Below, piece after piece: positions 39,313 to 53,689 of a DNA stretch of 64,000 nt (positions within the stretch are counted from its first letter, which is position 1; the number at the start of each line of letters is the position of its first letter). Under the pieces are notes generated by a model. It ran no database searches. It was not told the DNA's origin and saw only the letters and a program-made list of their open reading frames with translations. The DNA lies in assembly GCA_013239625.1 (NCBI GenBank), contig MU053873.1, positions 262,524 to 326,523 of the forward strand, in the 5' to 3' direction. The translations under genes were made by a program, and so were the position numbers. Origin of the DNA: Lama guanicoe (lineage: Eukaryota).

Positions 39313-40409
39313 TTAGGCTTAGTCCACAATGTGAGACCTGCTTTCTTTGGCTCATGAGGTCATCAGCAGTTCTGTAAAGTGTGCTCACACACCCACAGAG
39401 GAGCCTTGTTAGCTTCCTCATAAGTGGATTGTAAAGCTAATCTGGACCCACCTGGTGGGAGCAGTCACGGAAGCCATGTTCCCTTTTCATGGTCCCTGAG
39501 AGGGTACAGATGGAGAGTTCTTGACTCACTAAAGGAATGAGACATGGCCCAGAGAGCACTTCCACAGCATTTAGGGCTTCCCAGGAATGCAGTGGGAGTT
39601 TGGGAATGTTTTGGCTTAGAATTAAACACAAGTCCAGTCATATCATGTCTTGATTTAGAAGACAGGCTAAATTTGCCTTTCTCAGACAAAGAAAATTTGG
39701 AGTAAGAGTAGGAATGAGAAAGCTACTTCTTGAAATGGTTAGTTTATATCTTTAAAGGATCTGGAGGCAAACTTGGGTATTTTTGTCCTGGGAAAGCTGT
39801 GGTCTCTGGGGCTGCAGTCTCTCTGATGGCACCATCCTGACTTCTCACTAGCGCTTCCTCTCTGTGAAAGGGTTATCAAGAGCAATCTTGCAGAGGTCTA
39901 ACGGAATGACAATAGTGCTATTGTGATGAAATATTTGCATTTCTCAGTTTTAAAAGATAAAATTCATCTTGAGCCCCAGGCATCAGAAACCACTATCTTC
40001 AAAAATGTAAGGTTCATGAATTTACCATAATCATTAGCACTTGGTAGTGATTCTGAAGCTGTGTCCATAATACCAAAATATCTGAACAAAAAGAGGAAAA
40101 AAATGTGAAGAAATATTTCTTTTTTATTGGGTGTTTTGTTTATACATTGACCTAGGTTAGGTATTCTTTCAGGAATGATCTGGCTTCTTGTCCACTAATT
40201 TCTATGGAATTTCAGACCAATTGATATTGATAATATATGCTTTTTTAGGAGAAAGGAAACAGAAATATTGTAGCCTTCTCAATTTGCAGTCAGATCTATA
40301 CTAACTAGAAAGCTTTTTCTAAATAAAATATTGGCCTTAGTTCTTCTTCCTCTTCCTGTCCCTTGATGAGCAGTTAGTTCAGTCCTAATGCCAGTGTTAA
40401 GTGTGGCAG

Positions 40410-42150
40410 AGCCAGATAGACTGTGCATGGAGGGGTGTCAGAGTCTGAGCAGGGTGAGGAGGGCGTCCTTGTGGAGGACAGGCCTGGCATGAAGAGTTAC
40501 AGGTCAAACAGAAAGAGGGGGCCTCAGAAGTATGGGTGACCCATAGTAGGATGTCAGAGTCCGAGCAGGGTGAGATTGGTATCTGTATGTGTTGGGGTCA
40601 GGTAGCAAGGATGGGAGCTTGGTTACATTTGAGGAGACTGATAAAATAAGTTAATATGTCAAGTATAATGGTAGCCAGGTTTCTCACTGGTGGAGAAAGA
40701 AATTACAAATATGGAAAGTGAGAAAACTAGAATGATTTCTGTAGTACTGGTTTTGAATTGGAGGTAGAGGTGTGAATTCGTGGATTTCTATATAAAGACA
40801 TTTATATATATGTATAGTCATCCCTTGGAATCCATGGGGAATTGCTCACAAGACCCCATGGATACCAAAATCTTCAGACATCAAAATCCTTAGATGCTCA
40901 AGTCCCTTATATAAAATGGTAGAGTATTTGCATACAATCTACACACATCCTCCCATATACTTTAAATCATCTCTAGATATGTAAATAGTTGCTGATGTGT
41001 GGCAAATTCAAGGTTTGCTTTTTGGAACTTGCTGGGGTTTTTTTTTGGTTTTTGGTTTTTTTTGATCTGCAGTTGGCTGAATCCACAGATGTGGAAACCA
41101 CAGCTATGGAGGGGTGACTGTATATGTATGTGTGTATTCAGACGTGTATTCTCTATGCATATGTTCTCCAGCTCTGTCCACTGAGAGAGCCCACATCTTG
41201 GCTCCCACAAGAAACTACCAAAAACCCAGTGATCCACAGAGAAATGGTTAATTCCAGGACTGAAACAGAGAAAGTACCAGATGAGCCTGGAACAATTCGT
41301 TGTGCCAGAACGTAAGGAGTGGGACTTGTCAGAGAACATGACAGAAGCTTGAAGGGGCTCCCACTGGCAAAATCGGAGACAATGAGAGCATCAAAATAAA
41401 TAATGAGAGTAATGGGTAAAACCGGCACCCACGAGTCTCTACTGCCCTAAATAAAGAATGAATAAACGGGAAGTTTGATGAGGAACAGGATAACTTACAT
41501 AGTTTCAAAGGGCTTCCCTCTACTACTTATTCATTACAAAGGGGAAGAGAGTAATTGTACAGTAGAGAAGCCTGGCAGAAACCACCATAATCAAGTGACC
41601 AACTTCATCAGTGATGGACAAATGGAAATCATGCACCACTTGACAGGAAGCCATCAGAACTCGATTCAACTCTGTGCTATTAAAGAAGATGTGTACCCTG
41701 AATCTGATCATGGGGAAACATCAGCCAAACTCAAACTGAAGGACAGCCTACAAAATAACTGGACTATTCTGTAAAAACATGTCAAGGTCATGAAAGTCAA
41801 GGAAAGACTTGAAGAACTATTCCAAGCTAAAGGAGGCTGAAGAAATTTAACAACTAAATGCAACATGTGATCTAATGAGGTTCCTTTTGATATATTGGAC
41901 ATTATTGGGACAATTGGAAAAATTTGAATGGAGTCTAAAGGATAGGTGATAATAAAGTAGCAAAGTTAATGTACTGGTTTTCATGGTTGTATTGTGATCA
42001 TGCAGAAGAATGTCCATGCTCCCAGGAATTGCACACTACAGCATTCAGGGGTGGTTAAACAACTGGTTTGGAAAAAACATTATTTGTGTCATACTTGCAG
42101 CTTTTCTGTGGACTAGAGATTGTTTCAAAATAAAAATAAATTTATATAAA
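40410..42150 (+). mobile_element. L1MC-like 3' UTR with nested MER2B
   Basis: gaaggggctcccactggcaaaatc and gtcaaggtcatgaaagtcaaggaaagact...caactaaatgcaacatgtgatc, with an A-rich end. Confidence 0.85.
40815..41120. mobile_element. MER2B-like TcMar-Tigger MITE
   Basis: TA-flanked termini agtcatccctt...aggggtgactg and internal gatgctcaagtcccttatataaaatgg. Confidence 0.85.
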
Positions 42151-42319
42151 ATATTAACTTTAGAAACAAGATTGTATATTTTCTTGGTTTTTCCTGTTAA
42201 TACATATTTTACTGACATACATCATAAAAACTAAAGACGTTTATTCTTTGCAAACCTAATAATGATTATTTTGAAATGTCCATGTGTAAGTGAGATGTCA
42301 ATAACCTTAGTTTGTTCTA

Positions 42320-43850
42320 GAAACAGAGAGAAGGCCAGAGAAGCTGGTGATAAAGGAAATCGGCAGGAGATAGGGTCGGAGCCTTGGGCTAGAGCAGACC
42401 AGGTATGGTCTTGAAGGCCATGGAAAGTGAAGTGACATAAGCAGATTTATCTTTAAAAGATGACTCTGGATGCTTTATGTTGAATAACCTGTGTGAGGGC
42501 AAAACTGAAAGCAAGGAGACTGCAGTGAAATAGCGAGACGTGGTCAGATTTGAATCCATTTTGAAAGGAGAGCTCACTGGACCTGCTGTGGACTGGATGT
42601 GGGTTATGAGGGAGAAGAACCAAGGATGGTTCCTAGAGTTTAGTTAGAGCAAGTGGGTAAATGATAGTGTTATGTACCAAGATAGGAAAGGCTGAAGAAG
42701 TGACAAATGATAGGAGAATAATAAGAATGTGTATTGGACAGTGGTGTAATGGGGACAAACACCTGATTAAAGTGGGTTAAAGAGAATGGAAGGCAAGGAA
42801 GTAGACAGAGCAAGCAGAGACAGTTCTCTTGCAAGATGGATATGATTTGGGTCAATGGAAAGAAGAAAGGCATTCCAGGCAAGAGTAAGTATATTCATTA
42901 AGATAGGGAGGCAGAAAGGAATTTGTCTTGTTCTTGTGACCATAAGAAAACTGACCTAACTCAAGGAAGGGGGAACAAGTTGGGTGGGAAATAAAACAGA
43001 TAACGTGGAGCCAGATCATGAGCAGCCTGAAAGCCAGGAGGAAGTGTTTAGACTTGATGCAGTAGAAACTAGCAATCATGAGATATTTTGATTAGGGAAG
43101 TGATAATGGTGAAAGCTGTATTTAAAGGACATTAGACTGGCATTGGTATGCAGGATGGAGCAGGAGGCTGTGGGAGAGCCTGGAGGCTGTGGCAGGAATT
43201 CAAATGCAAGAGGATGAAGGCCTGGCCTTGAGTTTTGGCGGTAAGAACAGACTGGAAAAGGAAAGCTTGGGGCAATACTGATACCTGGTTAAATAAGAAT
43301 GATTTCAAGATTCTGAACTTAAGATATTGAGAGGATAAAAGTGATGCCGAGAGGCAGGGAAACTGGATAAGGAAACTTGTTCAGGTGTGGAAAGGGGAGG
43401 GCAGTGGTGAATAAAAAGATGAGTTACTGGGTTTGACATGATAGTAGGACATCAAAGTGGAAATGATGTAGAACTGAAGCCCTGGGGCATGGTTAGGGCT
43501 CAGGATAAGACATTTGAGAGTCAACAGCATGCATGTGATGATTAAAGCCCTGAGAATGGGTAAATCCTCCAAAGTAAAGAAGGTAGACATTGGAGAGTAT
43601 ATGGTCAGAGACCTTGAAGAGGTTGGGGTTTGCCCACAATTAGGGGTGGGAGAAGGAACAAAGGTAACCAAGAGAAACAGATGACAGGTCAGACATGGGA
43701 AGAGAATAAGAAGTGTAATGTCACAGAAATAAGAGGGAACATTTAAAAGAGAGTATATAGTCAACATCATAAAACAGGTCAAGAAGAATGAACAATGGAT
43801 TAGACTTGAGATCTCTTCATTAAAAAGTCATTGTTAGGAAACACGAAGGA
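42320..43850 (-). mobile_element. L2 relics
   Basis: tttaaaagatgactctggatgct, catttgagagtcaacagcat and gcaggaattcaaatgcaagaggatgaaggcctg. Confidence 0.7.
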
Positions 43851-44519
43851 AAAATTTGGTAAGGAAAGAGCACAGTAACCAGAGGGACAGTCAGGATCAC
43901 GTGAAGGCTTTTCTACCTAATGTTTAGAAAACTTCATTCAAAGTTTCCTCCTCTCCTTCTACTCTGAGAATTTCACAGTCTTGCTTTCAAAACATGTCAG
44001 GAGTATGACACAAAGCATCCAAAACCAAGCAGAAGAATTTGATCTCTGTGTGTTCTTAGAAGTTAATAGGAAAGCATCTTTGTCGACTTTCAAACTATCT
44101 TTTACCAATTCCCCCCCCAAATTGAGACTATGGCTGTTCTGGCAAGCTCTGAAAGGATAGATTATGAATGAAAAATTTTAAACATGCAAATAATTTCAGA
44201 TATTTCATTATTATCTCCAGTGGCCTCTACCCATCTGAGGTATTTATTTCCAAGTGGAAAAATTTGAGCTAATATCTCTTCTTGAGACCATTTAGACTTC
44301 AATTCTTCAAATACGATTTTATAGTATCTTTATAGTAGTATGAAATGTTTTTCATGTAAAAATTGCTAAGTACTACTTTAACAAAGTCTCAGAAATCCTG
44401 GCTAAAGTAAGTAATAATATCTTTAGCCTTCAGACCAAAATGCTTAAAGAAAAAAAAAAATACATTGCTGGTCCTATAAACTAATTCTTGACATATTTTT
44501 TTTTTAGGAAAATATTTAC

Positions 44520-46215
44520 TGACTTCTGGGTAAAGATAGTACATTGACATGCACATTTATTTAGTTTCCTCCCCAAACCTCACTAGCTTGACAGAAAGAA
44601 GTTTATTTATATAGTAGAAACCCCAAAGGACAGAAAAAATAAAAAAACAACAGCAATGAGATTTCAGAAGCTGGAAAGCAGAGGGATGAGAGGTAGCTAA
44701 TGGAGCTGGTAACTTGAACCAGCAGTGGGGCAAACCAAGAACCAGCCAAATGTACATCAGTCTAAAGAATTTCCAGCATCAGGTGCTTTTGGAATAAGGG
44801 ATAAAGAGGGTGGGTAGAGGAGCTAAAATAAGACAAACTAAAAGGCATTTATGAAGCAGTTGGAATCCTCGGACCCCTTCCTCAACTTTGCAAAACCAAA
44901 TAGTTGCCCCTTGCCCGCCCAGGCATAAAGTTGGAAGCCTATTCTCTGGAGAAATGATAGGGGAGTTTGGATAGTGGGATCCAAAGCATAGTTGAGGCAG
45001 GGTTATGGCACTGGAAATGGGGGAATTAAGTGAAAGCATGCGTACTGAATGCAAATACCCTCAGCCCTCTGTCTCTATTTGGCTTTCAAAACACTGGTGG
45101 CCAACATAGATTCTGAAGAAACTGACCAAGAGGAATGATTTAAAAATGCAAATACTGAGCATTCCTCCCCAGAGGCCTGACTATACCATTCTACAGTGAA
45201 GCCACAACCACAATCACCCACAAGCTCAGAGCTTTCCAGTCCCCACTGTTAAATATGAGCAGATGACCAAGGACTACCAGCCATCTTTGGCCTTCTGAGG
45301 AGAGAGAGGCAGGGGAGGTGGATGGGGGTCGAAGAGGAAACAGCGAAGAAACAAGCATGGACATACAGAGAGAAGAGACCTATCTGGAGAGAGCAATATC
45401 TTCTGAGATGAGAGACAGTTCTGTAAGCGTGACTAGGAGCAGGATGCCAAAAAGGGGCACTTAGAGAACAACCACAAAAGGGTCTTGGAAACAAAAATAC
45501 AACCACACAATTAAAAACTCAGTGGAAGAGTAGGGTTATGTTGAAGAGTTATCCATGAGAGCAGAACCAAAGCACAAGGATATGGAAAATTGTAGAGAAA
45601 AGACTTTTAAAAATAAAGTAACTGTACAGGAGGTGTACTATCTAAATATCAGGAGATTCAAAAAGAGAATAGAGAGTTTTGAGGGGACATAATTTTCATC
45701 AAGGAAATAATTTAAGAAAATTTCCCAGAACTGAAGGAGCAACCAAATCACCAGATTCAAATTGGCCACTGAGTGACAAGCACAAATAATTAATGAAAAT
45801 AGACCTACATCAAGGCACAACATTATGAAATTTCAGAAACCCGAGGAAAAATCATCCAGACAGGAAAAAACAGATAAATATAGAAAAACTCGGAACCAGA
45901 ATGGCTTGGAAATTCTTAACAGTAACAACAGAATCTAGAACACAGGAACAGTGCCTCAAAAATCTCGTGAAAAATAATTGTCCACCTAGATTTTTATTTC
46001 CACCCAAACTCTCAATCAAATATAAGGGTAATATAATGATGTTTTTAGGGCTTGTGAGATCTCAAAAACTTACCTCCCATCACCCCTGTCTAAGGAAGTT
46101 ACCTGAGGATATGCTCCTTGGAAATGAGGGAGAAAACCAAGAAGAGGAAACAAGAGGTCTAACATGGGAGAGGCAAAGAATCAAACTGATGCAGTGAGAT
46201 TCCAGGATGGGAGCC
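44520..46215 (+). mobile_element. HAL1/old L1 relic with decayed ORF1
   Basis: Starts gacttctgggtaaagat. ORF1-like gaaaatttcccagaactgaag and agacctacatcaaggcacaacattatgaaatttcaga. ORF 45901..46197 (PRFLFPPKLSIKYKG) resembles the ORF1 C-terminus. Confidence 0.7.
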
Positions 46216-48209
46216 TCTTTGCACTAACCATCCAACTCCCACTCTTAGGCAAACACTAATTTGTTTCCTATCATTTTAGATTTGTTTTACTTCTAGGATT
46301 TCATGTAAATGAAATCACACAGTCTGTACTCTTGTCTGACTTTTTTCTCTGACTCTTAAAATTTCATTCACAGTTTTGCATTATTGGTTATTTATTCTTT
46401 TTATTATTATTGCTAATAATTCATGTACAAAGATACCTCAACTTGTAATCCCTTGACCTGTTGATGGGCATTGGGTTGTTTTCAATAATCAACTCTGCTT
46501 CCAAGAATCTAAGATATTCTTGCCACTACATTGTATCAAACAAGGCGTATATGCTTCATCTGATGTGATGCTATGAAAATTGTCAGACTATACCTCAAAA
46601 ATGCAAAAATTCAGTTCAGAATTTGGTGGGAGAAAGTACATTCTAAATAAAAAGGCTCTTGTTTTAATCCACTGGCTAGAATACAAAGCAATTCTAAGGA
46701 ATTCCAGGAAATATCTTTCTACTCCACACTTAAATGTTACCATTTACTTTGGCACCAATGTATTTTACATTCTAATTTCTCAAAAACAAATCATTTGTAC
46801 TTTAATCAAACGTGTTAGCACAAAAGGGTGAGAACTGGCTTTCACACAGGAAAAAAAAAAGGCATTCATGTAGACTATATATTGTTATAGTATATGCATT
46901 CTTTTGTGGAACTCATCAAAAAGAAAAAGTAATCCTTTCTAGCATGAAGATACAAAGACTCATAAAGATCTCAGAAAATTGGAAAATTATAGCACATGGA
47001 CTCCCTACTTAAAAATTGACAAAAATACAAATTCCCAAAGAGCTGTATGGCTTAAGAAACCAGGACTACTGGTCTCTAAAATAGACATGTACAACATTAG
47101 CCCTCTGTATTTTCATAGCTGTTATGTGTTAGAAGCTTTTAAGGAGCCTGGATTAACTACCTCTATTAGAAAGAAGTACTTTCCCCTCAGCATTTAAACT
47201 TAGCATAAAATTTAAATAAGATTCTACATCCAGTTCCAGTTTCAGAACATGTCGCCATACAGGTGAGTTCTTTAAAGAAGCCTGACCAAGACTCTCTCTC
47301 TAGTGTATACGTCTACTGCTGTCTGTCCAGCTGATTATGACGGAGAAGACAGGTCCAGCTTCACAGAGTACTGTGAGCTGCTGCTGTGTTTGTGTCTCCT
47401 CCCTACCTAGGCCTTCAGTCCAAACCGCCCCGACAAGGAATGAAGGCCTGTTCTGAAGATGCTGCAGAGGCAGATAAGGTGATAAGGACACATTTAGGAT
47501 AGGTTTTTCCAAACAGCTCTACATAACCTGTTCTGTTCTAGGATTCCTTGGTCTCTTTACTTGGGTTCTGTGTTCTATTTTCCAAGTGGAGTTAGGTTTT
47601 AAGAGTCCTCATAATGTAAGAATTTTTAAATTTCAAGTTTGTCTGCTTTGACCATTTCTGAATTCGTTACTCAATTACCGTCTCACTTTTATGATGTTCC
47701 TCAGATCTTAAGGATCACACCAGGAAGTGAATAGTACAAATATTGAATAATTTCAACTAGTGATAGAAATCTTTTTATATTTATCTTTCTGTAGCCAAGA
47801 TAAGAAATAACCTGGAAAAGAAAATTGTATTAAAATATTTTTTTTCATTCTTATCATAGTCTCACAAGATTATGTTACATTACTTCTTTACAGTGGATCA
47901 CTGGTGAAAAGGCAGTATAAGCTGTTTGATCAAGATTTTGTAAACTTTCTATTTTTAATAGAAATTTTATGATTTAAATAAGTTTTTAAAAATCTGGCGA
48001 TTTCCCTATATAGGATACAGGGAAAGGTGTAGAAGGTTCAGTACTGGAATTTCAGATCATAGAGACAGAAGTTCGGATGCGACCATACTGTACTTTCCAT
48101 CTTGCCTGGAATGGCCTCTGCCTTAATCTCGGCCAGTCAAAACGATATATCCATAAAACAACTCAGTGAAAGCCTTCCTACACAGTGCCAGTTTATCCTG
48201 ATTTCTATG

Positions 48210-48430
48210 TCCTAAGAGTACAGGTTTTGGAGTCCAGATGCCTTAATTTAAATTTGGCCCTGTTACTTAGTCATTGCATATGTAGCCTTGGGCTAGTTTC
48301 TCTAAGTCCCAGTCTCCTCATTTGTAAAATCAGGAATAATGGAATCTGCCTCATAAAACAGCTGGGAAAATTTAAAGTGATAATACACGTAAAGCCGTGC
48401 GAATAATGCTCAATATTGTTAGTTAACATT
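48210..48430 (+). mobile_element. MIR SINE
   Basis: ggttttggagtccagatgcct...cagtctcctcatttgtaaaat. Confidence 0.75.
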
Positions 48431-49849
48431 ATTTCTCATTCATACACTCTCCAGTGTTGTTTCCTATTTTACCCTGCAGGTATTGTCTCTTCAGCCAGAG
48501 CTCGCAAAGGTAGAAACTATATTTTATGTGTCTTAATTTTCCTCACAGGGCTTAGCAGGACATCATGTTCTTAATAGAAATTCAAACTATAACCCAGAGA
48601 ATCTTAGCATGAGAGGAATCTCAGAGGTCCGTCTAGTTCAGATCTTCCCCCTAAATCGTGATTTTTCTCTTGCAACACCCTGGAGACAATCATCTATACT
48701 CCATCTTGAACACAGTGTGTATCTGTACTGGAACACAGCTGGTGACAAAGAGTTCACCCTTCTCAAGACAGCCAGATTTATCAAGTAGTTGTCATTGTTA
48801 GAAAATCCATCCTGAGGCAATAGGGAACCTGGAAGCTTCTGGAAAGTGATAATACTCATTTGAGAGCTATACAAATTTTTAGGCTCTGTAAGTTTCACTT
48901 CTGATACTATATCCTTAGAAAATAAGGGAAAATTCTGCCATGCATATAAAGGTATTTATTACAATACTATTTATAATAGCAAAATAAGAAATTAACTGAA
49001 ATGTTTAAAAGTAGGGAAATGGTAGAATAAGTGACTAAATGAAAAAACAAAGGTCATTAATATTTAAAAATATGTTACGTATGGAAATGAAACAAACTCA
49101 TATTTCTACCATGATTCAAATCACATACAAATATGTGTATCTATGGAAGATGGCTAGAGGGCATGCAACATATAAAATGAAGACAGTACTGATAGGATGG
49201 TAGGACAGTTGGAAGATTTGCATTGCTTTTTAAATTACTTTAACATCATCATGATATTGCTTTTAAATTTTTAAAGTGAAAGTTCTTCCTTCTACTGAGG
49301 CAAAATCAACCACTGCCCACTGCCCCCGCCAATGTAATTTTCACTTTCTGGCTCTTATTCTGCCCTTTGAAATTACACAAAATAAATCAACTTGCAGTAT
49401 TCGAAAATGAACATCATAGTTTTAGTACCCTCACTCTCTGGCACTCTGGAAGACAAATTAGAGAGGCAACGCTGACCTCAGGGAGACTCAGGAGACTCGG
49501 CTGTCATTCACCGAGAAAGCAATGATGACAGCCTGAGTCAGCACAACAGCAACAGGGCCAGACTTGAGAAATGTTTCAAATACGGAATAGATAGAAATGG
49601 TAACCAAAAGGGTGTGAGAAGTGAGAAGGAAATAGGAGGTGAACACATTCCTGGTCAGGCTCTTTGGTAAAGTTTTAATGCAACACAAAGATAAGGAACC
49701 TAGGGGGAGGAAGAGCAGGTTTGGTTGGATGTTGAATTTGAGATACTCATAGAATATGTCTATGTGTTGATGGCAAGATCAGTTTTGAATAAGGGAGACA
49801 AACCAAACCAGAGAAATAGAAGAAGGCAAAGATAAGAGCAAAGCATGAA

Positions 49850-52500
49850 TTAAAAAAAAAAAAGCAACAGAAGTGATTGGCATAACTAAAAGATGATTTT
49901 GAATAGAGTAATAAGAGATACAGATTTGGGACAAATATAATAAAAAAAAATGGGGCACAAATGAATACCAGTATAAAAACAGGGAAATAACTACAGAAAC
50001 AGAAGCAATTTAAAAAATTATAGAAGGCCTCCCCGAATAACTTCATGCCAAAAATATTTATAAATAACTGATCTTTCTCTCCTCTATTTTCAAGTATTTA
50101 TATATTTTGGTGTGAAGTTATTCATGGAGGTCTCTTATAATTTTGAAAATTACATTTTTCTGCAGTTATTTCTCCTTTTTTTAGAGAAAAATATAGAGCA
50201 TATCCCTGTAAACTTTAGGGTGGACAAAATTTTTCAAATAAAAACTGCAGAAAATAGATGAAAAGATTAATAAATTGAACTAAACAAAATTAATATTCTG
50301 TTCATCACAACACACCATTAAGAGAGTAAAAAGGCAACTCATAAGATTGAAGAGATATTCCCAATACATGTATCTGCAAAGGACTTACACGCAGAATATA
50401 TATTCAGACCTACTACAAATCCATAAGAATGAGAGACAACCCCAATAGAACCCAATAGGAAAAATGACAAGTGACTTGAAAAGACACTTCATAAAAGGAG
50501 ATATCCAACATGGCCAATAAACACATGAAAAGGTGCCCATCTTCATTAGTCATCAGGGAAATGCAAATTAAAAACCATAATGACATATCACTACACACCC
50601 ACCAGAAGGGCTAAAATTCAAAAGATGGAAAATGCCAACGGTTGGTGAGGATGTGGAGCAACTAAAACTTACAGATGGAAGTATAAACTGGCACAATCAC
50701 CTTGGAAATGGTTTTATAGTATCTATTAAAGCTAAATGTACACATATCCTGTGACCCAGCAATTCTGCTCCTAGCAATCCTATTCCCACCAGAAATGCAT
50801 ACATATTTCACTAAAAAACATGTTCAGAACATTCAGAGCAGTGAAAAAATGTTTCACACTCCGTGATTCCACATCTACAAAATAAAAACAAGAGAAACTA
50901 ATCTATTCTAATAGAAGTCAGGAGAGAGATACTTGTTGAGTAGAACAGTGACTGCAAAGTAAGACTGAGCTTTCTCGGGGTGCTGGTAGTAGTTTGTTTC
51001 TTGATCTGGGTGCTGACTTCACATGTGTATTCAGTAGGACTGGGACAGGGTGAGGCAAACAAGATACCTAGGGAGCAAAATTTAAGGAGGCACTCTCTCT
51101 TACCTTGTTTGCCTCACCCTCATCCTAGCCCAGGTGTTCAGTTTGTGAATATTTATTGAGCTAAATCATTATGATGTGTATATTTTTCTGTATGTATATT
51201 ATACTTGGATTTAAAAATATAAAAGGAGTGGAAATAAAATAAAAAATAAACTCCAAATAAAAATTAACTCTAGGTGGAATAAAAACCTAAATATAAACAG
51301 GAAAACTTTAACATGTGTATAATAAAACAGGAGAATATTATAAATGACCTCAGATAAGGAAGGATTTCTTAAGAATAACCAGAAGCACACATCAGAGGAA
51401 AAGATTTGACTACATTAAAATTAAGAGCTTCTCTTAGGAAAAATATCTTAAAAAGTGAAGAAGCAAGACACAGACCTGAAAAAAAATTACAAAATAAATA
51501 AGTGAAAAAGAATTATTATTCAGAACATATTTTTTTAAATCAGCGAGGAAAAGATAACCTAGTAGAAAAAGGCATGGAAGACTTGAACAGTTACTTTATA
51601 CATAAGAAAACCAGAAAGGCCAATACACATGAAAAGATGCTCAAACTCATTAACAATCAGGGAAATGCAAATCAAAATCAAATCATGAAGCATTACCATT
51701 TCATATCCAGTAGTTGCGAAAAAACATCAACTTGGGTAATAGTAAGTGCTGACAAGATTGTAGGGCATTCCCTCCACGATTGGTGGAGCATAAATTGGTA
51801 CAATTACTTTGGAAAACAGTTTTGCATTACCTACTGAAACTGAAAGTGTACAAGCCCTAGGACTCTTTGGTATATGCCCTAGAAACACTCTTGCATATGT
51901 ATATGAGGAGATGTGTATATATATAAATGCTTCTAACAATTAAAGATGTCTATCAAGAGTAGAATATTCTACAGCAGTGAAAATGAATGCACAATCACAT
52001 ACAGTAGGATAAATTTCATTTTTGATGGTCAAGCAAAAGAAGAAAATCACAGGATACCTAGAGCATGATTACATTTATATAAAACTTTTAAACAAGTGGA
52101 TATACTGATAGATGATAACACTATAAAGAAGAGTAAAGGCCAACTCAAAACCAAAAAAAAAAAAAAAAAAACCACAAACAACCTGATTAAAAAATGGGCA
52201 GAGGACCTGAATAGACATACTTCCAAAGAAGACATGCAGATCTGCCAACAGACATGTGAAGAGGTGCTCAACATCACTAATCATCAGGGAAATGCAAATC
52301 AAAAGCACAATGAGATATCACTTCACACCTGTCAGAACAGCTACTATCAAAAAGAAAACAAATAACAAGCATTGGCAAGGGCTGCGGAGAAAAAAAACCC
52401 TCATGAACTGCTGGTGGGAATGTAAATTGCTATAGCCACTATGGAAAACAGTGTGGAGTTTCCTCAAAAAAATAAAAATAGAACTCCCATGTGATCTGTT
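49850..52500 (+). mobile_element. Stack of L1 ORF2/3' UTR fragments of different ages
   Basis: The motif catcagggaaatgcaaat occurs three times (~50550, ~51660, ~52285). ORF 52096..52365 reads IKKWAEDLNRHTSKED. Confidence 0.88.
51035..51133. mobile_element. Short MER96-like hAT MITE
   Basis: 8-bp TSD gtattcag/gtgttcag (51027-34, 51134-41). Perfect 17-bp inverted repeat at 51047-51063 / 51104-51120. Confidence 0.8.
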
Positions 52501-53689
52501 ACTTAATCTATCAACTGAATTATTCATTCTCAAGTTGTCCTGCTTTTCATCTCAGTTAATAAAAGAGAAAGAAATTCTTAATTTTAAAAGATAAAAATCC
52601 AGTTGAAACATGCTCATTTTTTCTTAAGCTTTGTTTTAAAAACCAATCTATGTTAGCTATAGCTTCCTTGAGTGGAATCAGAAGAAATTTGCATCAAAAT
52701 CTAGAGCCATTATCATGTCTGACATTGTTAAAATATGTACTGACTAATACTGAAAAAAATCCTGTTGTTTGGTATATTATTTATATTAACTGAATCAAGA
52801 CTTCTTTTCAATATATTAAACGTAATACAAAGTTAAAGAATCACAAGGAAACTTCAAAAGCTACCTACTACAGCCATCTATCTTTAAATAGGACTCAAAC
52901 TTTCTCAAGCAAATAAATTAGCATCCTAATCTTAAAATACCTTCTGAAAAGATTTTATAACATTCCTTCCCATGAAGCGGTCTGAAAATTCTTTATGTTT
53001 AACTCAGAACCCTTTTAAGACAATGTTGGCATATGGTGAACTTTATTATCCAGACAAAGGGTTATAGATTTACCTAGGCCACAGAAGGACGCTAGCAGGT
53101 ACTCAACACCAAGTCTCTCTTGGAGGAAGCAGGAAGGTTAAACAGTTTAGAGCCCTACCTTTTTGGCTCCATTGGCTCCAAATCATCAGCTCCCTGGTTT
53201 TCCCCAGTGACCTACCCCCAAAGCTGGTCTCTCTCCACATAACCAAGGATTGACTATCATTTTGTTTTAATGCTGACTTAGATTTATCCGTAACATTATT
53301 CTACCCGAGTAATCAAGAATTTACTTATACTTCCAAGTGAGCATGAATAGATACCTAGAATATTTTAAAATATGTTTAATATGCCCTTTTAAATTAAAGA
53401 AAGAAACTCCCAAATTCCCTAAATTCATGGGTACCTTTTATGAGAGAAATATATTAGAAAGTCTTGTTTTCTCCTAGCCATGGACAATGTCATTTAACAA
53501 AGTATATTTCCTTCTTGAAGACAGTGCCTTTTTTTAGAATAAAGACTCCTTGAGGTCAGGCGCTAGTCTTGTTTTCGTTTTTATATCCAGCACACTGTAT
53601 TGGACCCTCACTATGATATGACCTGTGTAGGAACCGAAAAACGTCAACAGTGTTTAACTGAAGCGAGGAGTTACTAAGCTCCGCCTTAC

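Noticed and set aside
49534..49543. Isolated ARE/MARE-like TGAGTCAGCA and scattered single STAT or AP-1 motifs (e.g. 24341, 31837, 46702)
   Set aside because: Single short motifs are expected by chance in 64 kb and these do not cluster.
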